From Felis catus (lineage: Eukaryota), in NCBI RefSeq assembly GCF_018350175.1, contig NC_058371.1, forward strand, positions 186,930,001-186,994,000: a DNA stretch of 64,000 nt. Reading direction: 5' to 3'. Below are positions 37,231-49,850 of this stretch, in pieces. The translations under genes were made by a program, and so were the position numbers. The notes under the pieces were generated by a model. The model was given only the letters and a program-made list of their open reading frames with translations. It searched no databases and was not told where the DNA came from. Positions within the stretch are counted from its first letter, which is position 1; every line of letters begins with the position of its first letter.

Positions 37231-40200
37231 GTTCCTGTGTACTTTTCATACATCAATTATAATTATATATTAACTTTTCATATATGCACTTCCTACCTTA
37301 AATAGAGCCCTTAACACATCAACTATATTCTGCTACAAGCAGCTTTCTAACTGGTTCCTACATCTTAATTTCTTGGCCATCTTTTGACATATTGCTTTTA
37401 AATCTTCACCATCCTGCTCAGAAATCTTTGACTTGTTCTACAAGAAAACCAAGACCAAGAACATCAGACTCTCCACATTCCAATCTTCCCACTCCTTCCC
37501 CAAGGTGAACTGGCCTGGGTGCTGCATCCCACACTAAAGTTTCATGCTTTCCACTTCCATATCATTGCCTATATTACTCATATTATCATACTGTTTTTAA
37601 TATTATATTATTTCCCTTGCCCATGAAGCCATATTTGCCCACCCCATTTAGCAGAGAGCTCACCCTACCCCTACTGTCTAGAAAATTCACCCAGCATCAT
37701 CTGCTATCTTTTCTTTCTGGTTCGGCAACCAGACCATGAACTTCTTTGGAGAAGAGCTGTCTTGTGTGCATCGTTGAATGTCCACAATATATTGCACAGT
37801 TTAGTTTAATAAATATGTCCTAATTGGGATGCTGGGAACCTTATATTCTAATGATTATAAAAATAACGGCTATTTCCTATTTCTGGCCTGATATGTTAGG
37901 AGCTTGGAAGGTATTGCACCCCTCCTAACAAAACAACAACAACAACAACAACAACAAACCAAAAAATAAAAGCCAAGTTAGTAATTTTTCTTAGGTCGGA
38001 GAAGTGAGATCACAAGGAAAACCACTAACACAAAAATTGGAGACAGAAAATCAGAGTGACAGTGAATCACCACTTACCAGAGCAGAAACCTGTGCAGGAC
38101 ATGGAGGTAGAACAGAACTAGAGTTAGAAACATCTGTGTTGTAATTGACAAATTGCTGGGCGATCCGTGTGAACAAGTCTGACAGTTACAAACAATGGTG
38201 CACACTAACCCTGCCCTTCCTGTGTTCTGGAAACTGTCTGAACAGGTTACATCTGTCAGATTACTTATGTCTTGCAAAAGCCTTATAAGGAGGCCATTTT
38301 CCAGATAGGAAAACTGAGGCACGGGGAGGTTCAGTAAGTGGCTTGGTTAGTAAATGTCAGAACCAAGATGTAAATCCAGGTGAATGGGCTCCAGAGCCCA
38401 CATTCTTAATGATTACTCTATATTTGCCTCATACCAGGTACCAATAGCCTCTCAGACAAGGCCACATAAGCCAGTCATGGGTCAGATGACATTTACAGAT
38501 ACCAGGAAAACCTAGGGCAACAGACATTTACTGTCTACAAGAAACACTCATGAACTCTCACCACTGGGGACCGCTCTTCCCTGTGACCCTAGCCCAGTGC
38601 TTCTACAACATCTCCCCATCTCACCACTGCCACAATTAATAAGGTTTATTCTCACTTCATGAAGGCCACCATAAAGTGCCTCTATGTCAAATTTTCTTCT
38701 AATTTCATTCTTCAAGGCTCATCATGCTTTGTGCTAAGTACTATATCCCTCCCAGGACAACTAGAGCCTAAAATATTGTCATCGGTGATGAATATGTGTT
38801 CTCCAGGTAAGGTGTATTGCTAGTAATTAAACAGTATTAATTCCATCAGCTTTGATTTATTCTGCTCTCTCAGTAATGAAGCCCAGTATTCTATTTTCTC
38901 TCTGCCTAGCACTGAGCAATAGAATTGGTGTTTAAGGATTATCATATAAATCTACTTTTTGGTCAGTCAGTGTTGGGGAATTTTTTCAATATATTACAAA
39001 TGTATTCATTATTCCCTCGTTCATAAAAATAATTAAAAGCTACGGCCGAACACAAATTCCCAAAGCACAAAAGCCTGACTGGCATGCTACTGCCAAATAC
39101 CAAGGTTGGCAGCTTCTTAGTTTACGGGTTTCTTAATGAGAACTCGTACCTTCTCATTCAATAAAGGGCTTAGGTGGACATTTCCTGCTGGTGTTCACAG
39201 GAGTTATAAAACTAAAGCCCTACACATCAAAATGAAAATGGGCTACTGTTATTTTCTATATGTTTTTAGCAGTTCAGAAATAACTTACCCTAAAATAAAA
39301 ACTATCCCCAAAAATCCGACAATTCTTGAAAAGTGATCCCCAGGATGTTAATAACATTCTCTTAAAAAAAAAAAAAAGCAAGGAAGGAGAAAGAAATACA
39401 AGTAGATCCAATCCATCATTGTGATATCCAAGTTTCTCCTTAGATAAAACAGACATAAAACATGTACTTTACAAGCCTCAGATGACCTTCAAGACATCTA
39501 AAGTACAGTATCTATGGATTTTTAAGTATAATTAACAACTCCTGTTTTTCCATTTAAAGAATCCAAGTTCTGTTTCTGTGACAGGCAAAAGCCAATCAAT
39601 CTCGTTTTCAAATGCTAATACAAGCAATTAAAAATAACATTAATTAAAATACTGCAGAGGCTGTAGATTTTTGGTGGTGGAGTTTTTTTTTTTTTCCTTT
39701 ACCTAAACTCGTGACAATTCTAATTTACAGGACTAATTGAGGAAGCACCCTTGGTTTGATCCATTTCTGGGACGAAGAGCTGGCCCCTGAAACCCAGCTG
39801 AGAGCTGCAGAAAGCCACCGCTCTGTGAGGAAGCCCGGGCACTGCAGCTGAAATGCGTATTTCACCTGGTACACCAAATGTGACAGATCGTTTTATTTAC
39901 ATCACGAATATTAATTTTCTGGTTTTGGTAACGAANNNNNNNNNNNNNNNNNNNNNNNNNNNNNNNNNNNNNNNNNNNNNNNNNNNNNNNNNNNNNNNNN
40001 NNNNNNNNNNNNNNNNNNNNNNNNNNNNNNNNNNNNNNNNNNNNNNNNNNNNNNNNNNNNNNNNNNNNNNNNNNNNNNNNNNNNNNNNNNNNNNNNNNNN
40101 NNNNNNNNNNNNNNNNGGAATGAAATAAGATTTGGAAATGTGCTTTTTAAATGAACACAAATTGTGAGATAATGTCTCATTGAACAATAAAAATAACAAA

Positions 40201-40514
40201 ACAGTGGCAAAGATGTAATAGAATTTCCTATGTATACCATTTTAATCTTAATATAATTTTCCCCAGTGCATCCACGTTTATTGAACTACTACGACCATTT
40301 CTTTCTCACTCTGTCCAAAGTTACCGAGACAGTATTCTTTGCTGTAAATAATTCCCTGATTATGAACATGAAAACGATCTAGAAATTGACCACAGTGTTT
40401 TTTAAAAAATGACATAGTGTCTGCTCAGGGCCAAAGGCCTTATGGGAATGGCAAAGTATGTATAGCTTTCTCGGGGAAGCAGAATGAGAACACAGAAGAA
40501 TACACTCCCCACGT

Positions 40515-40770
40515 CCTCTCCATAAGGCAACTCCACACCTTTGTTTCTTTTTCCCTTTATTCAAAAAAATGCAAAGGAGACTTCTATGACACCTGAGCCT
40601 ATGGTGTGCTGGACAGAGCACAGAGCTAATGCCAGAGCACAGAGCTAATGCCTCTCCATAAGGCAACTCCACACCTTTGTTTCTTTTTCCCCTTATTCAA
40701 AAAAATGCAAAGGAGACTTCTATGACACCTGAGCCTATGGTGTGCTGGACAGAGCACAGAGCTAATGCCA
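40515..40770 (+). repeat. Tandem duplication: two 120-bp copies plus a 19-bp junctional re-copy
   Basis: 40515-40634 and 40651-40770 are identical except for one T/C. CAGAGCACAGAGCTAATGCC is repeated at 40614-40633 and 40633-40652. Confidence 0.95.
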
Positions 40771-41384
40771 AAGAAGTGCCAGGTCCAGGAAACAAGTACA
40801 CATGTGACTTGAGGAAAATCTACATCAGTGCATCCTCAGTTTCTCAGTCTGCAAATGGGGGTGATGATACTTGTCTGTTAGCTTCAAGCTTGATCACAAA
40901 TGAATGCTGAGTAAATACTACTTAAATATGTAGGTGAGAGTCCAAATTCATTAAATATGAAAAGGTTTGCTGGTGTGGACACATGACGTCCAGAGGAAGC
41001 CCTACATCTACTACTGACCCCAACTGAGGAAGTTCAGCAAAATGTCCAATTCCAATCCAATGCCATATACATCTCAGATGTGCACACACGTCTTCTACTC
41101 ATGTAGGTCATTCAGTCTATGTGTGTATTTCATGGATGTCATCGATGTTCTTATAGATCTTAAATTCTTAAAAAATACTCAAAAGTATAGAATATGCTCT
41201 GCTTATTATTTTGCCCTCCATTTGATGTCACTGTGGAGTAGGAATTCGGTTTCTGCTGAACATCAGTTCAAATGCTCTTTCTGCCATTCACAGTCTAATT
41301 TGTTTTATTAATTTATTATTTTTCGAAAATAATTCATCAGACAAGAGAAAGATGTACTTGTTCACGCATTAAGAAAACATGTGC

Positions 41385-41972
41385 CAAACACATCAACAAT
41401 CCATTTTATTAAATGTGTTATCAATTAATCCCTTTGTTGAAGAGAATGCATAACTGCATAATGTGACTAACTTTTAATTTTGATTTTTTTATACTAGATT
41501 AAACAGTAGAAAAATTATGGACCACATGAAAAAGTACCTACAAAGCAAACAATAACTGACATAACCAGAAAAACTAGGTTCACAAACAAGTATTCTTATA
41601 ATAAGTGGTCTTGCTGTTAGAGCTGCAAATCACGAGCATGCTATGTTTATAAATTTTGCATTATTTTTTTCTAGAAAAATTCTAAGGATTTAAATTGAAG
41701 TTTCCTAGTCTATCTGATTTCTTAACATAAAAATCAATTTCAGTGGTTTTCTATTCTATTTTTTTTCAAAGCCTCATTGATCCACATGCAAATAGAGTAA
41801 AGGCCATCATTAAATACATCCCCAGGCATTACATATTCAGACTTCATAATCATGGATCAGCTGGTAGGAGATGATTACAAAGGCAACTTGAGATTGTCTG
41901 AAGGATCACCAAAGCAGACATCCTTTCCAAAAGCAGAGGCCTCTTCTCCAGCAGACATGGGACAGCTGTCTT
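41385..41972 (-). other. GBA3: GBA3 3'UTR (end approximate)
   Basis: AT-rich unique sequence between the stop codon and a minus-strand AATAAA. Confidence 0.65.
41405..41410 (-). terminator. Probable GBA3 polyadenylation signal
   Basis: Plus-strand TTTATT reads AATAAA on minus and is followed by GU-rich sequence (ATTGTTGATGTGTTTGG). Alternative AATAAA at 41304-41309 and 41312-41317. Confidence 0.6.
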
Positions 41973-42175
41973 TTATAGACTTTCCTTTAGTCCATTATTT
42001 CGGATGATCTTGGCATACTCCTTGGCTGATGTGTAAGGGACTCGAGGTCTAGCAGGATCCTCAAAATCAACGTGGAAGAGACCAAACCGGCTACTGTACC
42101 CTTGGGTCCACTCAAAGTTATCCAGAAGAGACCATGCACAATATAATTTAAGATTGACTTTATCAAGCTGGATAG
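41973..42175 (-). CDS. GBA3: Terminal coding exon of cytosolic beta-glucosidase (glycoside hydrolase family 1)
   Basis: Translates to (A)[66 protein letters not shown]. It carries the GH1 motifs WSLLDNFEW and RFGLFHVDF and closely matches my recollection of the human GBA3 C-terminus. A long pyrimidine tract and CAG acceptor (AG = complement of 42177-42176) precede it in phase 1. TAA stop at 41975-41973. Confidence 0.96.
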
Positions 42176-42502
42176 CTGATTTTTGTTTCAAGAGAGAAAA
42201 TAAAAGAAAGGAAGAAAAAAAGAAAGAAAATTATCATCTCTGGGAAAGTTTTTTGAGAACTTCAAAATCATTGACAATCAGCATGGTATCTTTCTCCTGC
42301 AGGAGATCACAGAAAAAACTTCTAAATTCTCTTTTCCAATTTTCTTTTTTTTTTTTTAACCAAGTAGGGGCTCCACTCAAGAAGTTAAATGACATATCAT
42401 TCTAATTATTTGCTTATTCACTCATTTTGATATGTGTTTTATTCGTCCATTGATTTAGTCAATAAATATCTTTTTAATATCTACTACTTTTCAGACACAG
42501 AG

Positions 42503-42551
<49 letters not shown>

Positions 42552-44707
42552 CTCTCTAGTACCTAGAATTATATTTATTCAAGACACTGCTCAGCTTCCA
42601 AGTGTAATCTCTAGATGATCCACAAAGTCCACTAGTAAGTTGGAAGAGATGATAAAAATAGGGCTGAAGAAGCCTTAGCCCTTGTGTCTCTATGACCAAA
42701 CTGAGACATGTCTAATAATTCTGGAAACAGGACCCTAAAATGAAAAGAGTCAACACACCTCCCTGGTTATACATATATCTTAGACTGAGTAGGTACAAAA
42801 ATGTGATGGCATCTCCTCTGCCCAACATCTAAACTTAAAGTGGTGTTTAAACCCCCTAAAAGCCAAAATAATGGACCATCTCTCCCCCAAATACACTTGT
42901 GCACATATGCAATATTCTATATAATTTCATTTGTGGGTATCTGAAAGCCCATCCCTGGACTCTGTAGTGAGATACCAAAGTGTGGAGAATTTTCAAAGTA
43001 GTTTTACACTGATTCCCATCCTGTTAGGGAATTTAACTCACTTTTTAGTATTTTAAGTATTTCAATAAGTATTATTTTAGCATTAGGATTTAGTAGTCAG
43101 CATTTTAATTTAATATCTTAAGTTTGGCAAAACTCTGGCATTGTATGAATTGCTGTATTGAATGTCTTTTTAAACCAGGATAAGTGAACTCTATTTATGG
43201 GATGCACTAATATCTATTTCCCAATGCAGAAATTAAATAAAAAGGCAAGTTTCCTTCATAAGATAGACATATGCCTAAATAAGTTGGGTAAAAAGGAACA
43301 TTCATATAATATGCCAATTTTTAATGATATTAGGGATCACTCTCAACCAAAATGGCTCTTCTGGCATTGGCAAAGCAAGATCCACTCTATTTTTTTCTTT
43401 GATGTAAATCTGTGTTTGGGGGTTCTCTTAGAAGCACTATACTCATAAACTATTGCATATGTGTTGGTCTTCTAATCACCTTGGAATTTTTTTTTGACTA
43501 TGGACACCCCCATAGACAAAAGGTTCCTGAGAAGTTAATTGATGCATAACCCCTCCACCTTTGTGCATGGAGGCGTGCAAAGTGCTGTACTTAGAGAGCG
43601 CCTTATGAATGGTCTCAAGGCAGGAATTAAGCCAAGCTAGATTGACTCCTTTTAAATAAAGTATGGTTGGAAAATGAAATACATAAGATTGAAGCACACC
43701 AAGTTTTGCAGGCATCAAAACATTTATAGATATCCCTTCGTCTACTTGTCCACATTACCATTCGTGTCTCCTCCCCTCTGTCAACCACAACTGCAAAACA
43801 CCAATATTTTAAAATCATTTTTTTAACTAATTTAAGTTCTAGATGGCATATATATAAGAATTAAAATAACTGAAACCAAATACCAGGCCAGAAAACAAAA
43901 ATCTCCTGTGACTGCCTTAGAATTCAATCCGGAGACACGTAAGAATCTGCATTATTTTTTTTCTTATTTGCAGAACGACTGCCCAACATGAACGCCTGCC
44001 AGATATAAAGCCAGACAGTTTCTGAAAACACGCACAGTCCCACTGAACGTGCACAAAGGATTGATTCATGTGCTCAACCAAGGGATAAAGACGATGCCTT
44101 GCCTGCTTGAAAGGAAACAAAAAGGAAATGTTGACAATTTCATTGTTACCTGCCAGGAGTTCAGCTGCAGGTACTAAACTGCCCAGTGACGCTGGTGGGC
44201 GTAGCTGCATTTTCACTGCAGGAACATTCAAATAGAGAATCACCTGGCTGCTTAGGGCTGAGGAGTTAGCCTGCTGGATTCCTTCTCATTGTGCTACCAC
44301 AGGGAAAAGTTACGAAACCATGCTAGAGCCTGTATGCCTCTGCTCTTCCAATCTCCTCTGGAACTGAGAGAGACCATCATCACATTTCTCGTCAGTGTGA
44401 TTTAGGAGGGCCCGAATCTTAGTAGGGAAAAATCACTTCTGTGAGTTCACTTTCTTTCCTTAACCAGAGTTGCAGGCAAAGAAAACAGACTGACAGGGAC
44501 TACGAACGGGTACAAAACACACGGGATAAAAACAACAAACATACAGAGCCAGAGTTTGGTTTTAGACAAAAAGGCCAGAGGAAAAGATCTCACAGTCAGC
44601 AAGTTGAACATAAAGATGCAAGGAGAAAAATATCTAAGACTTGCTAATATATTAACGTCTGAGTCAGGCTGTTCTAATTATAAGAACCATGTGCCAGTGT
44701 TATCCTA

Positions 44708-44746
<39 letters not shown>

Positions 44747-44767
44747 ACTCACACACACACACGCACA

Positions 44768-45360
44768 GCCCAGTTTTAGTCAAAGTGGGAAGGCTGAGGG
44801 GAATGGTTCTTTATCAGACCACCCTAATTCTTTACAAGTTCAAGGGGTCCCCAAACCACCCTCAGTTTCAATAATTTGCTAGAACTCACAGAACTCAGTG
44901 AAACCTGTTATACCCACAGCTATGGTTTATTATGGCAAAAGATACAAATTACCATCAGTCAAAGGAAGAGATGTACAGGTCAGAGACTGAGGGGCCCCAA
45001 ACATGAAGCTTCCATCATCCCCTCCTCTAGGGGTCCTGGTATGGGCATGTGAGCATACACACAAAGCACAGTCAATCAGAGAAACTCACTGGAGCTTCAG
45101 TGTCCAGAGATTTTATTGTGACTTCGTTACTCTGGCATGATTGATTAACTGACTGTCCATGTGGATGAACTCAGACTCCAGGTCAAGTGACACTGTGTAA
45201 CCCAAAGCCCCCACCTTCAATCACATGGTTGGTCTTTATGATGTTACTAGCCCCTATCCTAAACAAGGGCATTCTGTCAGGTATGACATAGATTTCCTCC
45301 CAAAAGCTGAAGGCAAAGCCCAACCTGCTATTTGGGCAAAACCAAATTCTTTACTACACA
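44768..45360 (-). mobile_element. MER21-like LTR
   Basis: GGGGTCCCCAAACCACCCTCAGTTTCAATAATTTGCTAGAACTCACAGAACTCA and terminal AAATTCTTTACTACACA. Confidence 0.7.
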
Positions 45361-45759
45361 CACACATGCACACATATACCTATTTTAAAAGCTCATTATT
45401 TTATGCTCCTGGGCAGAATCTTCTCAAATTACTGGTTTACGAAGTGCCGTGATTATGCCTGTGTTTGTCACATTACAAAAGGCTGATAATTGGGCACTCA
45501 GCTTCAGTGAGTTTTATTTCCTAACAGTTTATAAACAGAGATAGCCTTCGTTTTCAAGACTGCCTGGGACTATATAGGACATCCACAAACGTAGCACAAC
45601 TGTTCAGCTGTCAAACAAACCACTAATCCACAGGCCCAAACTGCCGTGGTGAGGACCAGTGGAAGGGATCTGGACAGTGTAAAAGGCAGCCACCTCACAG
45701 AAGAAAAATGGCAGAGATAAAGCCCCAGGAAGGAGTGAGAGGAAAAAATACAAGCCTCT

Positions 45760-46540
45760 AGATTTCCGTGTTCTGGTAATGGCAGACTACATTACTTGAG
45801 CAAGCCCTCCTAATGAAACAAGTAAGCATGCTGGATAGAATTTTAAAACCAAATCTTCAAAACAATGAAAAGCTGAAAATTTCATAGGGAATTACCTGGC
45901 CACAGCAGAACAAAGAAATTGAGATTGATGGGCATGGTAGCTACTTTCACCTGATGGAATTGTCTATTCTTAGGAAATCAGAATCTTTTCCTATTACCCA
46001 GGGTGAGGATAGGTGTCAAAGCCCAGAGACACATGGAGGGAAATCTGAGGCCCCACACATAGAAAACTAAGATCCCAAAGGACAAAACACTAAACCCTCA
46101 AGGGCAGGATGAGCCAGAAGCAAACCAGTCACTGGAAAGTTTCAAGTCACCTGGTGGTTCTGAAAACATCAAGTCTGGGTCTTGGATGGAAGTGATTCTG
46201 GACTGAAGTAACTCCAAGTGTCTGGAAGATTCATATTCAAATGCTTTCTGAAGGGAGGGATCTATATTCTAAGCCTTCAATTATTATCACAAATACTTTT
46301 AAGTATAATCATCAGCACATAATCAAATAATCAGAAAGACATGGGAAAATAACAATTAGAAAATCACTAAAATCAACAGACAACAGAAATAGACCCACAA
46401 AGAGCTCATTTATTAGCATTGTCACACTATAAAATAACGATGTTCACTATGTTTATACTGAAGAGATAAACTTGAAATATCTTCAAGGTTTATAGGGACC
46501 TATAAAAAGTGATGTGGCAGATTTGGAAAAGGAAACAGTA
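45760..46540 (+). mobile_element. Ancient L1M 5' region fragment
   Basis: Degenerate L1 5'UTR/ORF1-start-like A-rich sequence. Confidence 0.45.
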
Positions 46541-47571
46541 ACACTTGGGTTTGAATCCCAGATGCAGCAGTTACTAGCCATGGGACTTCCAGTTTTTAAT
46601 GGGTACAATATAGACACTAATATCTACTCCTGGGGCTGCTGTAAAGATTAAACAAGACAGCATGAACTCAGCACAACATATTGCCCATGTGGGTTTCTGT
46701 TGTTTTCCACTCTGGCCACCCCTCAGAAGAATACAGTATCCAAAGTAAACATATACCTTGGTGTGCCCTCTCCCCACCAATCCAGATATTTTGATGAAGT
46801 AGAAACTGGGTTTAAATGAGCATCTTGGACAATGTAAAAAAGGAGGAGGAGTCACAAGAACAAACTTCAGTCTCAGAAACTGTAAGACTTAAGGGAGAGG
46901 CACAGACAGACTGTATAAATCTGAGGACAGGGGTCTTTACATCAGTTGACAAACTCTTTTCTTTTCTCCAGGGTGACATTTCCAAGTCACTGCCTGGCTT
47001 CCTGCCTCCCTGAGTCTCGAGAAGCAGTCCGGAGACCCCTATAATGCCGACTTTCAGGTGTCCAAGCTCTCAAACTTAAGAGTTGTTAGTTGAGCAGGTG
47101 CATCCTGGGATTTACTTCGTGAACAGCAAATCTGATCGGAGGTATGGAAAAAACTAATAGCATGGGTCTGAGTCAAAATCCTTAAGTAGTGCATGGCTAA
47201 GTCTGTGTCAGAAGTCCAAAAGGCAGGATGCAAAACAAGCTCAGATTCAAAGTCATTGAAATAGAATGAGAAGAGATCAAAGACAAAGGCAGGGTTTTGG
47301 GGAATGTCTGCAAAGGGTCATGGAGTATTTTTTATTTTCATTAACTTGTTGCCAAATATGTGGTATACAGAAGAATCTGGCTGATGTAAAGATATAGAGC
47401 CAAAGCAAACATCAAAATGATTACTAATCCAGCAAGACATCGTTTCTCCAAGGGTTGACTCTAACTCCCTCCACTGTAACCAGTTGGAATCACGTAGGGC
47501 ATAGCTAAAAAAAAAAAAAAAAAAGTTTGTTAGCCTCACCCCAGACGTACTAAAATCAGAATTTCTTGGGT

Positions 47572-47963
47572 TGTGTTATGAGCTAAATTATGTCCCCGCC
47601 AAAACCCGTGTTGAAGCCCCAACCCCTGGTACCTCAGCATATGACCTTATTTGGACATTAAGTCTTTAAAGAGGTGAATAAGTTAAAATGAAGTTGTTAG
47701 GGTATGCCCTGATCCAGTCTGACTCATGCCCTAAGAAGAAGGAAGTCACCAGAGTTATGTGTGCACAGAAGAAAGACCAATGAGGACACAGTGAGAAACT
47801 GGTTATCTGAAACCCAAAAAGAGAAACCTCAGGAGAAACCAAACTTGCTGACCCCTCAATCATACGCCTCCAGCTTCCAGAACTGCGAGAAAATAAATCA
47901 TTGTTGTTTAAGCCATCCTGACTGTGGTGTTTGGTTATGGCAGCTCTTAGCAAACTAGGTACA
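47572..47963 (+). mobile_element. MLT1A/B-like solo LTR
   Basis: TGTTATGAGCTAAATTATGTCCCC...CTTCCAGAACTGCGAGAAAATAAATC...TTATGGCAGCTCTTAGCAAACTAGGTACA. Confidence 0.85.
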
Positions 47964-48333
47964 GATCTGAGAATTTCTGTTATTAATAAACAAGCTGAGT
48001 GATGTTTATACTTAGTCACGTTTTCGACTCCTAAGCCTAGGATAAGCTCTAACAGTCCACCATAACTTTTTGAACACCAAGGCTTCCCTCCTGAGGTTAT
48101 AAATGCGGGCAACTCCCTCAGTACCTCTCCTTAGCACGCGGAGCTGGAGGAGCTCTTTGCCAAGAGACACGTGATGTGCAGGCCCGACCACACCACCTTT
48201 CAGAAACAGGGGACCACAGAGAGACGAAGGTGGGAATCCTGCAAACTCAGGAGTGCCAGGCCTGTCATCTGCTGCTTAATGAAAGCCTTGCCTTACCCCA
48301 GTGGGTCCTGAGACATCTTCTCAATTCACCACG

Positions 48334-48770
48334 TGTAATGGGTTTGATGGCTCCTGTATAGATCTGTTCATTCAAAACCTGTGAATGTGACCTTACTTGA
48401 AAAAAGGGCCTGTGCAAATGCAGTTAAGGATCTCAAGATGAGAGACCATCCTAGATGATGCTGAGTCGTAAATCCAGTGACCAATGTCCTTCGAAGAGAA
48501 GAGAAGGGGGGGAAGACACACAGGGAAGAAAGCAATGTGAGGCCAGAATCAGAGATTAGAGTGATATGTCTGTAAGCCAAGGGATGCCAAGGCAGCCACA
48601 AGAAGCTGGGGGACATGCATGGCCTAAGTTGTCTCTCAGACCCCCAGAAGGAATCGATCCTGCTGGCACCTCAATTTCAGATTTCTGGCCTCCAGAACTG
48701 TGAGAGAACAAATTTCTGTGGTCTGAAGCCACCAAGTTTGTAGTAATTTGTAACAGCGGCCACAGATCAT
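48334..48770 (+). mobile_element. MLT1C-like solo LTR
   Basis: TGTAATGGGTTTGATGG...TTCTGGCCTCCAGAACTGTGAGAGAACAAATTTCTG...GTAATTTGTAACAGCGGCCACAG. Confidence 0.85.
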
Positions 48771-49782
48771 GCACCATACTCATACAGAGTGGTTGCCAAC
48801 TGGGCTCCAAGTCCCAAACCACCCACCTGGTTTCGCAGAGGGCTTGTGAGAATCTTTTCTCAAGGCCTGTCAAAGAGAGAGAGAGAAATCCTTCCTGGGA
48901 CACAGTTTGAAGCACATTTTTTGGCAATTGCCCCACACGCTAACCTTGCAAATGTGTTTCTCTGAGCTTGGTTGAATTGCACAGAGCATTACAACGGGAA
49001 GACAGCTTTGGCTGGGTAACAGTGCCTGCAAGGGAACCGGCACACTGTCTTTCCCTTTCTTTGGGAAAAAAAATAATAAAATGGAACAACATCAGGAAGA
49101 TCTAAACATAGAAAATGCACAATAAGCCCCCCCCCCCAACTCCAGGTGAGTATCAGTGGCGGGACAGCATCTGTGAAAATGTCCAAATAATCCCAACACG
49201 GGATGCCCCACCTGCACATGCTAACTCCTAGTAGCAAAACATATGACTCTCTGAAAAAAGAGTCTGAAAACCAAAGGCTAAGTTTTAAATATTTTATAGG
49301 AAAATGCCAATTAACCAGAAATAAGCTGTAAAGGTTTCTTAATTGTCTGTATAGTTCCTATTACTTACATTAGATTTGGGAGGGGGAAAAAACCCTGCAA
49401 ATAGTAAGCAGGTGAAAGGTATAAAAAATTATACTTCTATTTAATTATAAAACTGATCTGAGGCTAGGTACACATTCAGTATCACTATATAATTTATCCA
49501 TCAATATTATTTTCAGAGTTACCTCTGCTGCAATAGAGAAATTCTTACGAAAACCAGTGTTCTGAGCAAGTGAAACTCTCCTCTAGCAGAAAACCTTTCT
49601 TCCTTCCTCCTTTCCCTGCTCTTCCCTCTTCCTTCCTTCCCTTTTTCTTTCCTTCTGGGGACTTACTTTTCCCTCTGCAAAATGGAGGCAACAATATCTT
49701 TTTCCTAGGATTGTGGTATTAAATAAATTAACTCATATGAAGCTCTATGAAAAATGCAAGTTTATAGGAGACACTCAACATA

Positions 49783-49812
49783 TGTTACTGTTGTTGCTGT
49801 TGTTGTTGTTGC

Positions 49813-49849
<37 letters not shown>
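49783..49849. repeat. (TTG)n microsatellite with CTG interruptions
   Basis: Directly visible; it produces the poly-Leu ORF in the track. Confidence 0.97.

Positions 49850-49850
<1 letters not shown>

Noticed and set aside
42176-42191. N-terminus MKQKS of the tracked GBA3 ORF
   Set aside because: It starts at TTG in intronic sequence upstream of the splice acceptor and is not part of the exon.
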